A DNA stretch of 40,449 nt from a virus: IMG/VR virus record IMGVR_UViG_3300045988_160722; one strand, 5' to 3'. Both the position numbers and the translations under genes were made by a program. Positions 13,942 to 23,421 of the stretch are shown piece after piece; the stretch's first letter is position 1, and the number at the start of each line of letters is the position of its first letter. The notes beneath the pieces are model-generated. The model saw only the letters and a program-made list of their open reading frames with translations. It had not been told where the DNA came from and made no database searches.

Positions 13942-14265
13942 ATGTATCAACTTAAAGATGAAAAACTAAAACATGAATTAAAAAATAGTTTAGATAAAAT
14001 TTTAACTACTAATAAGATAAAAGATATTGAGTCTATTACTTATGAGGGTTCTAATATTGTTGCGACTAGCGATCCTGCTTATTTTGATATCAGTATTAGA
14101 ATCAAAGGACATTTGGAAGAAAAAGAAACAGTAATAAAACTGGGAGAATTAAAATTAAGCCAATCTTTATTAGACAAAATTAATCAAGATAAAGAAAAAC
14201 ATGGATATAAAGAAATTGAAACTATGATTACTGATGCCTTAGATAACTATTACGAGGGATGCTAA
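13942..14265 (+). CDS. Hypothetical protein
   Basis: 107-aa ORF. Confidence 0.55.
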   Translation: MYQLKDEKLKHELKNSLDKILTTNKIKDIESITYEGSNIVATSDPAYFDISIRIKGHLEEKETVIKLGELKLSQSLLDKINQDKEKHGYKEIETMITDALDNYYEGC

Positions 14266-14574
14266 ATGAAAATTAAATCAATTATATGTTGTCGCCGATT
14301 TGAAAAAGATCCAGAGACAATTGCATATAGTCCAGCTAATGTAGATGAAGTAGCAAATTTGATACAAACACAGAAGAATAATAACGAAATGCTTGTTTGT
14401 TTACCTGTTTATGTAACAAGCGCGTATGTGCTTTATGATTTGGATTCTAATATAACTTACGGCTCAAATTCTTATATCGTAAATACTAAACCATTTGGAT
14501 TCAGCAAATTTTATATTCCAGTAAAAGATGTGACTTTAGTCCAGGAGGCAGACATTGACTTGGACCATCATTAA
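14266..14574 (+). CDS. Hypothetical protein
   Basis: 102 aa. GAGGGA SD. Abuts the upstream stop. Confidence 0.55.
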   Translation: MKIKSIICCRRFEKDPETIAYSPANVDEVANLIQTQKNNNEMLVCLPVYVTSAYVLYDLDSNITYGSNSYIVNTKPFGFSKFYIPVKDVTLVQEADIDLDHH

Positions 14575-14824
14575 TTCAATTATGTCAGCAATTCTAATAC
14601 CGGTAATTATTTATGATAGTTATGTCGAAAGAAAAACGCAGAAAATGCTAAATGATGCAGAATTAGAAGTGAAAAAATATCTAACTGAAGTAGAAAAATC
14701 ATTTGAAAAACAGGATAAAATTAATGATGAGCAAGCTAAGTTTAATGATGCAGCAACAACTAATTTCATACGTCATGAAGATGCATTGAGAGTTATTGTA
14801 AATCACATTAAAAATGCTGAATAG
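14555..14824 (+). CDS. Hypothetical protein with N-terminal TM
   Basis: TTG start with AGGAGG SD 6 nt upstream. TM IINSIMSAILIPVIIY. Confidence 0.55.
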   Translation: MTWTIINSIMSAILIPVIIYDSYVERKTQKMLNDAELEVKKYLTEVEKSFEKQDKINDEQAKFNDAATTNFIRHEDALRVIVNHIKNAE

Positions 14825-14850
14825 ATAAGTTGAATTTGAGGAGTGGGAAT

Positions 14851-15327
14851 GTGAGTTTATTATTTAAAGAACTAGATTGCGATAAGACGTGCGATAGAGT
14901 TGACGAATTTTTAACTGATGACTTAGAAAAATTAATTCTAATGTCTGGTCGTAATCTTACTGACTTACGTTCTCCTAGCTTATCGTTAGCACCTGGTCAC
15001 TCTAATGGGACTAATCATGCTGAAGCTAGCATAATTCGTGGTCTTGATGCAGAAGCTGAAATACGAGCAATCCATCATACAATTTATCATTTGCCCGAAA
15101 TGTCAAAGATAATAATGCGCGATCTTTATATCTATCAGATGGAGAGTTGGCAAGTAGCCGATGCAATTAGATATGGTCACACTCAATACAATGCGTTAAG
15201 ACGGCGAGCACAATTATTCTTTGCTGATAGTTTTGATCATTGGCAAAGGTATATGAATTGTGAACCAATCATTGATTTACATCGATATAAAAAAGACCGG
15301 AATCATACCGGTAATTTAGCGGAATAA
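14851..15327 (+). CDS. arpU: ArpU-family phage late transcriptional regulator
   Basis: Family-typical sequence ...SPSLSLAPGHSNGTNHAEASIIRGLDAEAEIRAIHHTIYHLPEMSKIIMRDLYI... Located just before the packaging genes. GTG 14851 with AGGAG SD. Confidence 0.7.
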   Translation: MSLLFKELDCDKTCDRVDEFLTDDLEKLILMSGRNLTDLRSPSLSLAPGHSNGTNHAEASIIRGLDAEAEIRAIHHTIYHLPEMSKIIMRDLYIYQMESWQVADAIRYGHTQYNALRRRAQLFFADSFDHWQRYMNCEPIIDLHRYKKDRNHTGNLAE

Positions 15328-15545
15328 TAGTGATGGTCGAACGGCTAGAATATAAGCTATAGTAGTACTGTGAGTTAAATCGGAATACATAATGCTCACA
15401 CCACTCCTTAAATATAAATATGTAAGGCTGGTAATGGTTCGACTCCATTATCAGTCATCAGATATCGCAAGCATCAATTTTAATTGTTATATTTTTATTT
15501 AGGTCATTTACAATTTACATGCTTTATCTGCTTACGATATCGCTG

Positions 15546-15586
15546 GAGAGTTTGCTTATGGAAACAGCAAGCTCTCTTTTATTTTG
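15546..15586 (+). terminator. Strong rho-independent terminator separating the early/middle genes from the late operon
   Basis: 11-bp stem GAGAGTTTGCT (15546-15556) / AGCAAGCTCTC (15566-15576) with one G-U pair and a 9-nt loop, followed by TTTTATTTTG. Confidence 0.75.
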
Positions 15587-15613
15587 CTCTAAGAATTATG
15601 TGGAGATGATAAA

Positions 15614-16126
15614 ATGCCAAGAGTTAGACGGTGTAAGTATAAGGGATGTCATGGGTTTGCCATGATGCCTAATTACTACTGCACCAAACATATTAAGTAT
15701 GAAGCAGAGTATAGAGCGGAACGTGAGAAGTATCGCAAGCGTCAAGCTTCACGCTCTACTACTTGGCATTACAATCATGTCACTCGCTATCGTAACTCCG
15801 TTAAGTCAGAGCAGAATAAGTTCTATCACTCTCGTGAGTGGCAGTCACTTCGTGCTCTCGCTCTTCAACGTGACTTTAACTTGTGCAAATATTGTCGGAT
15901 AAATCCTGGAAACATTGTTGATCACATTGTTCCTATTGAATGGGATCAAAACAGAATGAAGAATGCAGATAATTTGGTAACGTGTTGTAGGGACTGTCAT
16001 GCCAAGAAGACACGCTGGGAGCAGAAGTATTATGGTACTGGTCTACATAATTCTTTAAAAGATGTACCAGCCATTACGGATATTGAAATAATTAATAAAT
16101 TGATGAATGCACGAGATGACAAATAA
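15614..16126 (+). CDS. HNH endonuclease (terminase-associated)
   Basis: CKYCRINPGNIVDHIVPIEW...NLVTCCRDCHAKKT HNH motif. Immediately upstream of terS/terL. Confidence 0.9.
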   Translation: MPRVRRCKYKGCHGFAMMPNYYCTKHIKYEAEYRAEREKYRKRQASRSTTWHYNHVTRYRNSVKSEQNKFYHSREWQSLRALALQRDFNLCKYCRINPGNIVDHIVPIEWDQNRMKNADNLVTCCRDCHAKKTRWEQKYYGTGLHNSLKDVPAITDIEIINKLMNARDDK

Positions 16127-16190
16127 CTGCGATCTAAGACGATTTAATTTTTAATGAGCGATCATACTCAAATGAAAATTAAATCAATTT

Positions 16191-16212
16191 TATCCCCCGC
16201 CTAGTGGCGAAA
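16191..16212. other. Candidate cos site
   Basis: An isolated GC-rich tract TATCCCCCGCCTAGTGGCGAAA in the AT-rich HNH-terS intergenic region. An 11-bp inverted repeat (16141-16151 / 16175-16185) lies just upstream. Confidence 0.3.
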
Positions 16213-16290
16213 ATGGAAGAGCCACACCATAGCCGTCATCTTGCGTGAAATATTAAATTTTGAAACTTTTTGAAAGCGGGGTGAAACCTA

Positions 16291-16740
16291 ATGAACGTTG
16301 ACTTAACTAAACCAAAAGTTCCAACGCAAGCGCCGAAATGGCTGGGAACTTACGGCAAATATTTGTGGCCCAAATTGACCGCATATTTGAATAAAAGCAA
16401 TAAGATTATTCGTGCAGACGAGTATTTAATTCAGCAATATTGTTCTGCATATGATATTTACAGACAGGCTTATGAAGATTTACAAAAAAATGGCATTCAG
16501 CAAAAGGTTTATAAAACTTCTCTCTCTCCTGTAGATGGTTCAGTGGTCAGTCGTGATTTTCAGGGTTTCAAGAAAAATCCTGCTTACAATATGATGTCTG
16601 ATTCTTTAGGAAGACTTAATACAATTGGTAAACAACTGGGTCTAAGTCCACAAGCTAGAAATAAGCTTATGGAACTTTCAGAGCCAGACACAGAAAAGAA
16701 ATCAGTTGCTGAATCAATGAAGGAGTTCTTTAAATCATGA
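16291..16740 (+). CDS. terS: Terminase small subunit (P27 family-like)
   Basis: 149 aa. PKWLGTYGKYLWPKL...YCSAYDIYRQAYEDL...GKQLGLSPQARNKL fits the P27-family pattern. Position upstream of terL. Confidence 0.75.
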   Translation: MNVDLTKPKVPTQAPKWLGTYGKYLWPKLTAYLNKSNKIIRADEYLIQQYCSAYDIYRQAYEDLQKNGIQQKVYKTSLSPVDGSVVSRDFQGFKKNPAYNMMSDSLGRLNTIGKQLGLSPQARNKLMELSEPDTEKKSVAESMKEFFKS

Positions 16741-18617
16741 AAATTGATCTTACACAAACTCATGATGTAATCGGTGCTTTTAAAAGTATTGATTGGTCAG
16801 ATATTAAGGCTAAATATCGTGAACCTGCAACTTTATACGCATTTTCTGTTTTAAACTGTGAAAAAACGACCGGATACATGGAAAAGTTGCATGCTTTTCG
16901 TCATTTAATGGACCTAACTCGCCAAAACACAAAAGACTTTCTATATCACTATGATGTGGAAGAGGCTAATAAAGCTTTAACAATTGCATCTGTAATTCCT
17001 GATGTTGATACTCATAAAATAATGCCGTTAATGGACTGGCAAAAATTTATTTTATGTCAAATTAATGGTTGGAAAGATGAGAATAATGAAAGACGATTTA
17101 CTGATATTCATATTTCAGTTGGACGTGGCCAAGGTAAGACTCAAATTGCAGCCGTTCAATTGTGTAAGGCATTCTTAGTAGATACTTTGGGCTACACAAA
17201 TAAGGACTTCTTGGTTACTGCTAACACTTCTGATCAATCAAGTAAATTATTTGGTTATGTTAAAAAGATGATGAAGACGGTTATTTCAATTGAACCATTT
17301 AAAACATTAGCTAAGAAAACTCAACTTGAAATCCAAGCTAACCAAATTATTCAAAAGAAAACTAACAATAAAATATGGAAGATTTCTTATGAAGCGGATA
17401 AATACGACTCCACTCACAACGTTTTGGCAATTTATGATGAAGCCGGAGCACTTAAGTCATTTGACCGTCTGACAGATATTCCAGACGGTCAGTCTCAGGT
17501 AATTCCATATCATCAATTTATTAAAATCAGTTCTGCTTATCCTGATCCAACAAGCCCATTTCATGATGAGCAAATAAAAATGCAAAATATCATGGAAAAG
17601 GACTTTGAACGTAAAGGAGATAACTCTCTCTGTCTTGTGTGGATGCAAGATGATCTAGATGAGACTTACAAACCTGAAACTTGGGTTAAAAGTAATCCTT
17701 TAATTGCTTTATCTGATAAAGAAAGAGAACGTAGAACAGGAAATTTAATTAAGCAAAGAGATCAAGCAATTCTTAATAACACACTTCATAAATTTCAAAA
17801 CAAAAACTTGAATCTATGGTTAAAACAATCAATTGCAAGCTATCTTAATTTGAAAGATGTTGAAGATGCTGTAGATAATGATTTTAAAATTGATGGGCGA
17901 GAAGTATTTATCGGTTTTGACTATTCAATGTTTTCAGATAACACCGCTATCGGTTTTGTTTATCCATATGGAGACGGCCAATTCCGCTTAGAACAACACA
18001 GTTTTATTCCGTGGCAACATGCAGGAAACATTGAGACTAAAGAAAATCAAGATGGAATTGTTTATCGTCAATATCCTGAATATTGCACAATTACAGCGCA
18101 CCCACAGGGTATTATCAATCCGGAGCAGATTTATAGATGGCTGCTTAACTATGTTGAACAGCACCAATTGAAAGTTAAATTCTTTGGTTATGATCGATTT
18201 GGTTCTTATCAAGTTAAAAACATTACCGAATCACTTAATGTAAATACCAACTGGTACATTATGGATATTCAGCAAAGAACATCAGCTCTTGCGAATCCGA
18301 CTAAATTTTTGCAAGAGCTTTTTGTTACGCATAAAGTAAGTATTCCTAATGATCCAGTAATGCAAAAGGCTTTACTTAATGCAGTAGTTAAGGCTGATAA
18401 AATTGGCATTCAAGTAGATAAAGACAAGGCAACGTTGAAAATTGATGTTGTGGATGCGTTAGTTGATGCACTATTTCAAGGGATGTATTACTTCGATGAA
18501 AATGCTGATTTAAATAATAAAGATACTGAAATTGATAGGATGACAGAACAACAAGTTCTGGATTGGTTTAAAAATCCTAATTCAGGACTACTAGGAGGTG
18601 AGCACGCTGGTCACTAA
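16737..18617 (+). CDS. terL: Terminase large subunit
   Basis: 626 aa. Walker A-like VGRGQGKT and Walker B-like AIYDEAG. C-terminal nuclease region. ATGA overlap with terS. Confidence 0.9.
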   Translation: MKIDLTQTHDVIGAFKSIDWSDIKAKYREPATLYAFSVLNCEKTTGYMEKLHAFRHLMDLTRQNTKDFLYHYDVEEANKALTIASVIPDVDTHKIMPLMDWQKFILCQINGWKDENNERRFTDIHISVGRGQGKTQIAAVQLCKAFLVDTLGYTNKDFLVTANTSDQSSKLFGYVKKMMKTVISIEPFKTLAKKTQLEIQANQIIQKKTNNKIWKISYEADKYDSTHNVLAIYDEAGALKSFDRLTDIPDGQSQVIPYHQFIKISSAYPDPTSPFHDEQIKMQNIMEKDFERKGDNSLCLVWMQDDLDETYKPETWVKSNPLIALSDKERERRTGNLIKQRDQAILNNTLHKFQNKNLNLWLKQSIASYLNLKDVEDAVDNDFKIDGREVFIGFDYSMFSDNTAIGFVYPYGDGQFRLEQHSFIPWQHAGNIETKENQDGIVYRQYPEYCTITAHPQGIINPEQIYRWLLNYVEQHQLKVKFFGYDRFGSYQVKNITESLNVNTNWYIMDIQQRTSALANPTKFLQELFVTHKVSIPNDPVMQKALLNAVVKADKIGIQVDKDKATLKIDVVDALVDALFQGMYYFDENADLNNKDTEIDRMTEQQVLDWFKNPNSGLLGGEHAGH

Positions 18618-18804
18618 ATTAAAACAACAGCTGTGGAAGTATATTGATGTAATTTTCTACTTTACGGGACTTGCGGGAATTACTTTTGGAGCTTTTAAAA
18701 TTAATGAACCATTAGGTTACATCGTTGGCGGTGTAGCCTTTTTAATTTCTGGATATTTAGTGGAGCTTATCGCAGCAGGCGGTGAGAAAGGGGGTGGTAG
18801 CTAA
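18598..18804 (+). CDS. Small membrane protein (hypothetical)
   Basis: 68 aa with two hydrophobic segments. The start codon is uncertain because GTG sits inside the SD. Confidence 0.45.
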   Translation: MSTLVTKLKQQLWKYIDVIFYFTGLAGITFGAFKINEPLGYIVGGVAFLISGYLVELIAAGGEKGGGS

Positions 18805-20000
18805 TGCCTCTGCTTAAACTAAATAAATCTCACTCTCAAGGCTTTTCCTTAAATGATCCTGACTGGGTGACTTTTTTAACAGGTGGGGAAGCTCAAAAAT
18901 ATGTTTCTGCTGATACTGCATTAAAGAACTCTGATATTTTTTCTTTGATTATGCAATTATCAGGAGATTTAGCTATGGTTCGCTATACGGCTGATTCTGA
19001 TAGGTCTCAATCAATTATTAGCAATCCGAGCGTAACCACTAATGGCTATAGTTTCTGGCAAGGGATGTTTGCACAGCTCTTATTAGATGGAAATTGCTAC
19101 GCTTATAGGCACAAAAATGCAAATGGCGTTGATTTATCTTGGGAGTATTTAAGACCTTCGCAAGTGCAACCAATGCTATTACAAGATGGCTCAGGATTAA
19201 TCTACAACATTAATTTTGATGAACCATCAATCGGATATATGGAAAATGTATCAGCTTCTGATGTAATTCATATTCGCTTGCTTTCTAAAAATGGCGGTAA
19301 AACTGGTGTCTCACCACTCTCTGCTCTAGTCAATGAACAGCAGATCAAAGATGCTTCTAATCAATTGACTTTAAAGGCTTTAAAGCAGTCAGTTACTGCA
19401 AGTGCTGTCTTAAGTATTCAACATGGTGGTTTACTTGATGCAAAAACCAGAATTGCTAGATCAAAAGAGATTTCTAAACAAATCCATGAGTCAGATGGTC
19501 CAGTAGTAATAGATGCTTTGGAAGAATACAAGCCATTAGAAATGAAAGGCAATATTGCTAGTCTTTTAAATCAAGTTGATTGGACTAGAGACCAAATTGC
19601 TAAAGTCTATGGAGTTCCCGACAGTTACCTAAACGGTCAAGGGGATCAGCAATCTTCAATTACTCAAATTAGTGGTCAGTATGCGAAATCTCTTAATCGA
19701 TATGTTCAAGCAATTATTGGCGAACTTAATTCTAAGCTTCATGCTCATATATCTGCAGATATCCGTTTTGCAATTGACACAATGGGAGATCAGTACGCAA
19801 GTACTATTTCTAACTTGGTAAAAGGTGGAACAATAGCTGGCAATCAAGCTCAATTTATTTTGCAAAATTCAGGATATTTACCTACTGATCTACCTGATCC
19901 AGAGAAGAAACCACAACAAGCAATTCAACTAATTCAACAACAAGAGGGAGGTGATGATGATGGTAACAATTCAGATGAACGGGGAAGTGATTCCGAGTGA
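18804..20000 (+). CDS. Portal protein (HK97 family)
   Basis: 398 aa. Position after terL and before the ClpP-type protease. Acidic C-terminus. Confidence 0.85.
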   Translation: MPLLKLNKSHSQGFSLNDPDWVTFLTGGEAQKYVSADTALKNSDIFSLIMQLSGDLAMVRYTADSDRSQSIISNPSVTTNGYSFWQGMFAQLLLDGNCYAYRHKNANGVDLSWEYLRPSQVQPMLLQDGSGLIYNINFDEPSIGYMENVSASDVIHIRLLSKNGGKTGVSPLSALVNEQQIKDASNQLTLKALKQSVTASAVLSIQHGGLLDAKTRIARSKEISKQIHESDGPVVIDALEEYKPLEMKGNIASLLNQVDWTRDQIAKVYGVPDSYLNGQGDQQSSITQISGQYAKSLNRYVQAIIGELNSKLHAHISADIRFAIDTMGDQYASTISNLVKGGTIAGNQAQFILQNSGYLPTDLPDPEKKPQQAIQLIQQQEGGDDDGNNSDERGSDSE

Positions 20001-20673
20001 TTACGCTGACGTTTATGATTACTTAGGCTATGAGAGTATTAATCCTAGGGCTGTTAAGCAAGCTTTGAATGACGCAGATGGATCAGACGTGACGCTTGAA
20101 ATAAATTCTCCTGGTGGCTATGTGGACGCAGGAAGTGAAATTTATACTGCACTTAAAGAGTATCAAGGAAGAGTTACGGCGAAGATTACTGGTCAAGCTT
20201 GTTCTGCTGCTTCATGGATTGCACTTGCTGCTGATCGTGTCGAAATGTCGCCAACTGCTCAAATGATGATCCATAGAGCTTCTACAATCTCAATGGGTAA
20301 TAGCGATGACTTATCTAGTGCATTGAATGCTTTAGATTCACTAGATAAATCATTTGTTGATCTGTATAGTCAACGCACGGGCTTAGACAAGCAAGAAGTT
20401 TACAGATTAATGTGCAATACAACTTGGATGAATGCTAAACAGGCCGTAGATAAAGGCTTTGCGGACGAGATTATGTTTCAAGATCAAGAACAGCCTGCAT
20501 TAGTAAATGCAGATGGTTCTCTATCAGTAAAGCCAGATATGATCAATAAAATTAAGAATTTACTTCGTAATCAATCGACCCAGAATGTCGTTAAACCTCT
20601 ACCAAAAGAAGATAAAAAGAATAATGGTCAACTTCAAAAGAAGCTGGCTATTTTATTTGGAAAGGGAAATTAA
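19951..20673 (+). CDS. ClpP-like head maturation protease (S14)
   Basis: INSPGGYVDAGSEIYTALKEY...GQACSAASWIALAADRVEMSPTAQMMIHRAS ClpP fold motifs. The start may be any of the tandem ATGs at 19951-19960. Confidence 0.9.
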   Translation: MMMMVTIQMNGEVIPSDYADVYDYLGYESINPRAVKQALNDADGSDVTLEINSPGGYVDAGSEIYTALKEYQGRVTAKITGQACSAASWIALAADRVEMSPTAQMMIHRASTISMGNSDDLSSALNALDSLDKSFVDLYSQRTGLDKQEVYRLMCNTTWMNAKQAVDKGFADEIMFQDQEQPALVNADGSLSVKPDMINKIKNLLRNQSTQNVVKPLPKEDKKNNGQLQKKLAILFGKGN

Positions 20674-20678
20674 GATTA

Positions 20679-21884
20679 ATGAATATCAATCAATTAAAAG
20701 ACGCGTTTGATATGGCAGGTCAAAAGGTACAAGATTTAGAAGATAAGCGCGCACAAATTGTTGTTGATCTTGGTAAAGATGAATCTTCCCACTCTGTAGA
20801 TGAAGTTGCCAAGTTAAATGAAAGTTTAAAGAATGCCAAGATGAATCAAGAATTAGCTAAGTCAGCTTATGAAGACGCTAGAGCTAACTTGAATGCTGAA
20901 CCAATTAATAAGAAACCATTGCCAGTAAAGGAAGATGGTAAAGCTGATATTAAAGCAATTAAGGACCAATTTGTTTCAGATTTTAAGAATTTAGTATCAT
21001 CTGGAACTACTGGTGCTGGAAATGCAGGTTTGACTATTCCAGAAGATATTCAATTACAAATTAGAACCTTAACGCGTTCATTTGTATCTCTTGAAAGCTT
21101 AGTCAATGTTGAAAATGTTTCTACTTCTCATGGTTCACGAGTTTACGAAAAATTGAACGATATTACGCCATTGAAAGATTTAGATGACGAAACTGCAATC
21201 ATTGGCAATAATGACGATCCAGAATTGACAGTAATTAAATACTTAATTCATCGTTACGCTGGAATTACTACTGTAACTAACACCTTATTAAAGGATACTG
21301 TAGACAACATCATTCAATGGTTAGTTAACTGGGTAGCTAGAAAAGACGTTATTACTCGTAATGCTAAGATTCTTGAAGTTATGGGCAAAGCTCCTAAGAA
21401 GCCAACTATTTCTAAGTTTGATGACATTAAGGACTTAGAAAACAACACTCTTGATCCAGCAATTGAAGCAAGTTCAAGCTTTATCACTAACCAATCTGGA
21501 TATAACATTTTGAGTAAATTAAAGGATGCAGAAGGTCGCTACTTAATGCAGCCAGATGTAACTAATCCAGATAAGTACATGATTGATGGCAAGCCTGTAG
21601 TTCGTATTGCTGATAAGTGGTTGCCAGATGTTTCCGGTTCACACCCTCTTTACTTTGGCGACTTAAAGCAAGGAATTACTTTATTTGACCGTCAACAAAT
21701 GCAAATTGACACTACTAATACTGGTGCTGGTTCATTTGAAAGCGACAGTACTAAGCTTCGTTTCATTGATCGATTCGATGTTGAATTAATTGATGATGGA
21801 GCTTTTGCTGCTGCATCATTTAAGACCGTTGCAGATCAAGCCAAAGGTGTTGCTGATACTGATAAGCAAACTACTTCAAAATAG
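20679..21884 (+). CDS. Major capsid protein (HK97 family) with N-terminal delta/scaffold domain
   Basis: 401 aa. Coiled-coil N-terminus followed by a capsid fold region. Position after the protease. Confidence 0.85.
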   Translation: MNINQLKDAFDMAGQKVQDLEDKRAQIVVDLGKDESSHSVDEVAKLNESLKNAKMNQELAKSAYEDARANLNAEPINKKPLPVKEDGKADIKAIKDQFVSDFKNLVSSGTTGAGNAGLTIPEDIQLQIRTLTRSFVSLESLVNVENVSTSHGSRVYEKLNDITPLKDLDDETAIIGNNDDPELTVIKYLIHRYAGITTVTNTLLKDTVDNIIQWLVNWVARKDVITRNAKILEVMGKAPKKPTISKFDDIKDLENNTLDPAIEASSSFITNQSGYNILSKLKDAEGRYLMQPDVTNPDKYMIDGKPVVRIADKWLPDVSGSHPLYFGDLKQGITLFDRQQMQIDTTNTGAGSFESDSTKLRFIDRFDVELIDDGAFAAASFKTVADQAKGVADTDKQTTSK

Positions 21885-21900
21885 TTAGAGGTGATTCTTA

Positions 21901-22281
21901 ATGGCCACTTATCTTAAGATCACTGATGGCCTTAAGAGGTCATTAGGATATCTTGATGAAGATGATTCTTTAGACGATGGTTTAAAGAATAAAATGTCAA
22001 ACGCCTTAATTGCCGCTGAAAGTTATGTTCAGCATGCAATTGGTACTGATGTTAAAGACTTCTATATTTCTGAAGAAAATAAACCACTATATACGTTAGT
22101 TTGTAATGCTTTAGCTGCTTCTTATGTGCAAAATCCAGTAAGTATTACTTCTGGTGCTGTAGTTAATGTTGACATAGTGACGAATGCCATTATTGGTCAA
22201 TTAAGAGGAAGATATGCTAAAGAATTGGAGGATCAAGATGGTCAGAATACTAAATCCCAGTCGTCAGACTCAGAGAATTGA
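21901..22281 (+). CDS. Head-tail connector protein (gp6-like)
   Basis: 126 aa. YLKITDGLKRSLGYLDEDDSLDDGLKNKMSNALIAAESYV is a typical gp6-like N-terminus. Confidence 0.6.
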   Translation: MATYLKITDGLKRSLGYLDEDDSLDDGLKNKMSNALIAAESYVQHAIGTDVKDFYISEENKPLYTLVCNALAASYVQNPVSITSGAVVNVDIVTNAIIGQLRGRYAKELEDQDGQNTKSQSSDSEN

Positions 22282-22594
22282 GTTTGGCAAAGAATCTGAT
22301 GAACCAGAATACGACCAAAACGATAATCCCAAGCCTACAATAACCGTTCTGTGGACGACTTTAGCAATCCCTTATACTTTGAATACAACTCAAATTATTC
22401 AAGCGCAGGGGCTTAATTTAGCTGACCAGCGAATGTATGCAGTTCGTCATCGCTTAGATAGTTTCTGGGATCAAATCTCAAGAGCTATAGTTAATGGCGA
22501 GATGTATGAGGTTGTTCATATAAATCCAGATGAAAAGAACTCTCCCACAAGTTATGATTTAGTAACGGTTAAGAAGGTTGAAGATCATGGCTAA
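22238..22594 (+). CDS. Head closure / head-tail adaptor protein
   Basis: ATG 22238 with GGAGGA SD. Size and position are typical. Confidence 0.55.
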   Translation: MVRILNPSRQTQRIEFGKESDEPEYDQNDNPKPTITVLWTTLAIPYTLNTTQIIQAQGLNLADQRMYAVRHRLDSFWDQISRAIVNGEMYEVVHINPDEKNSPTSYDLVTVKKVEDHG

Positions 22595-23066
22595 AGATAT
22601 GGGAGAGTTTTTAGATAATTGGATTGATTCAGTAGAGCAGAGTATGAAGTTATCGCCTGAAGATAAGGCCAAGATAACAGGAGCAGGTGCCGAAACTTTT
22701 AGTCAGGTGTTGCACGACCACACGCCACGAAGTAATGAAATCTATAGAAGAGGGCGCTCTGCGGGTCATGCTAATGCTAAGCATCATAATCGGCATCGAA
22801 AGACTAAACACTTACAGGACAGCATTACATATAAATCTGGTTATACTGCTGATAAATTGCATACGGGCGATACCGATGTGGGCTTTGAAGGCAAATATTA
22901 TGATTTTTTAGCAAAAATCATTAACAACGGTAAGCATAAGATGTCTGATAAAGAATTAGCTAATATGCATTTTGTTGATAAGGCCCAACAAGGAGCTAAA
23001 AGAGCAGTTGAAGAGGCAGAATTGAAAGCATATAAGGAAGTGATGAACCATGACAGCGATAAATGA
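22587..23066 (+). CDS. HK97 gp10-like tail/neck component
   Basis: ATG 22587. Size and synteny. Confidence 0.5.
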   Translation: MAKDMGEFLDNWIDSVEQSMKLSPEDKAKITGAGAETFSQVLHDHTPRSNEIYRRGRSAGHANAKHHNRHRKTKHLQDSITYKSGYTADKLHTGDTDVGFEGKYYDFLAKIINNGKHKMSDKELANMHFVDKAQQGAKRAVEEAELKAYKEVMNHDSDK

Positions 23067-23421
23067 CGCATATCAAGCTATTTTAAATAAAGTGCCCGGC
23101 GTAGATCGTTACTATAAAAAGCGAATAACAGGGAAAATTGATAACACTAAAACTGATTTGCTAATCACTCCAGTTATTGGAAGCTATGCCGGTTATGGTT
23201 CAAACATCCCCACTGTGGAAGTTCAAGAAATAGAAGTCCAAGTTTTTATTGGAAATGAAAATAAAACAGCTAATTTAGACACAATCAAAAACTCAATTGT
23301 GTCTTTTTTAGTGCCCAAATGGAGAGTGACATATGGACCTGATGAAGGTTTTGATCCAGAAACTGGAGAGAATATACTCACCCTTCATTTTTTACGTAAT
23401 TATGAAAGGAATTTAACCTAA
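23050..23421 (+). CDS. Tail completion protein (gp11-like)
   Basis: 123 aa. Synteny immediately upstream of the major tail protein. Confidence 0.45.
   Translation: MTAINDAYQAILNKVPGVDRYYKKRITGKIDNTKTDLLITPVIGSYAGYGSNIPTVEVQEIEVQVFIGNENKTANLDTIKNSIVSFLVPKWRVTYGPDEGFDPETGENILTLHFLRNYERNLT

Noticed and set aside
15699-15902. 67-aa ORF in an alternative frame within the HNH endonuclease gene
   Set aside because: Nested in a CDS with an unambiguous HNH motif, with no translation signals.
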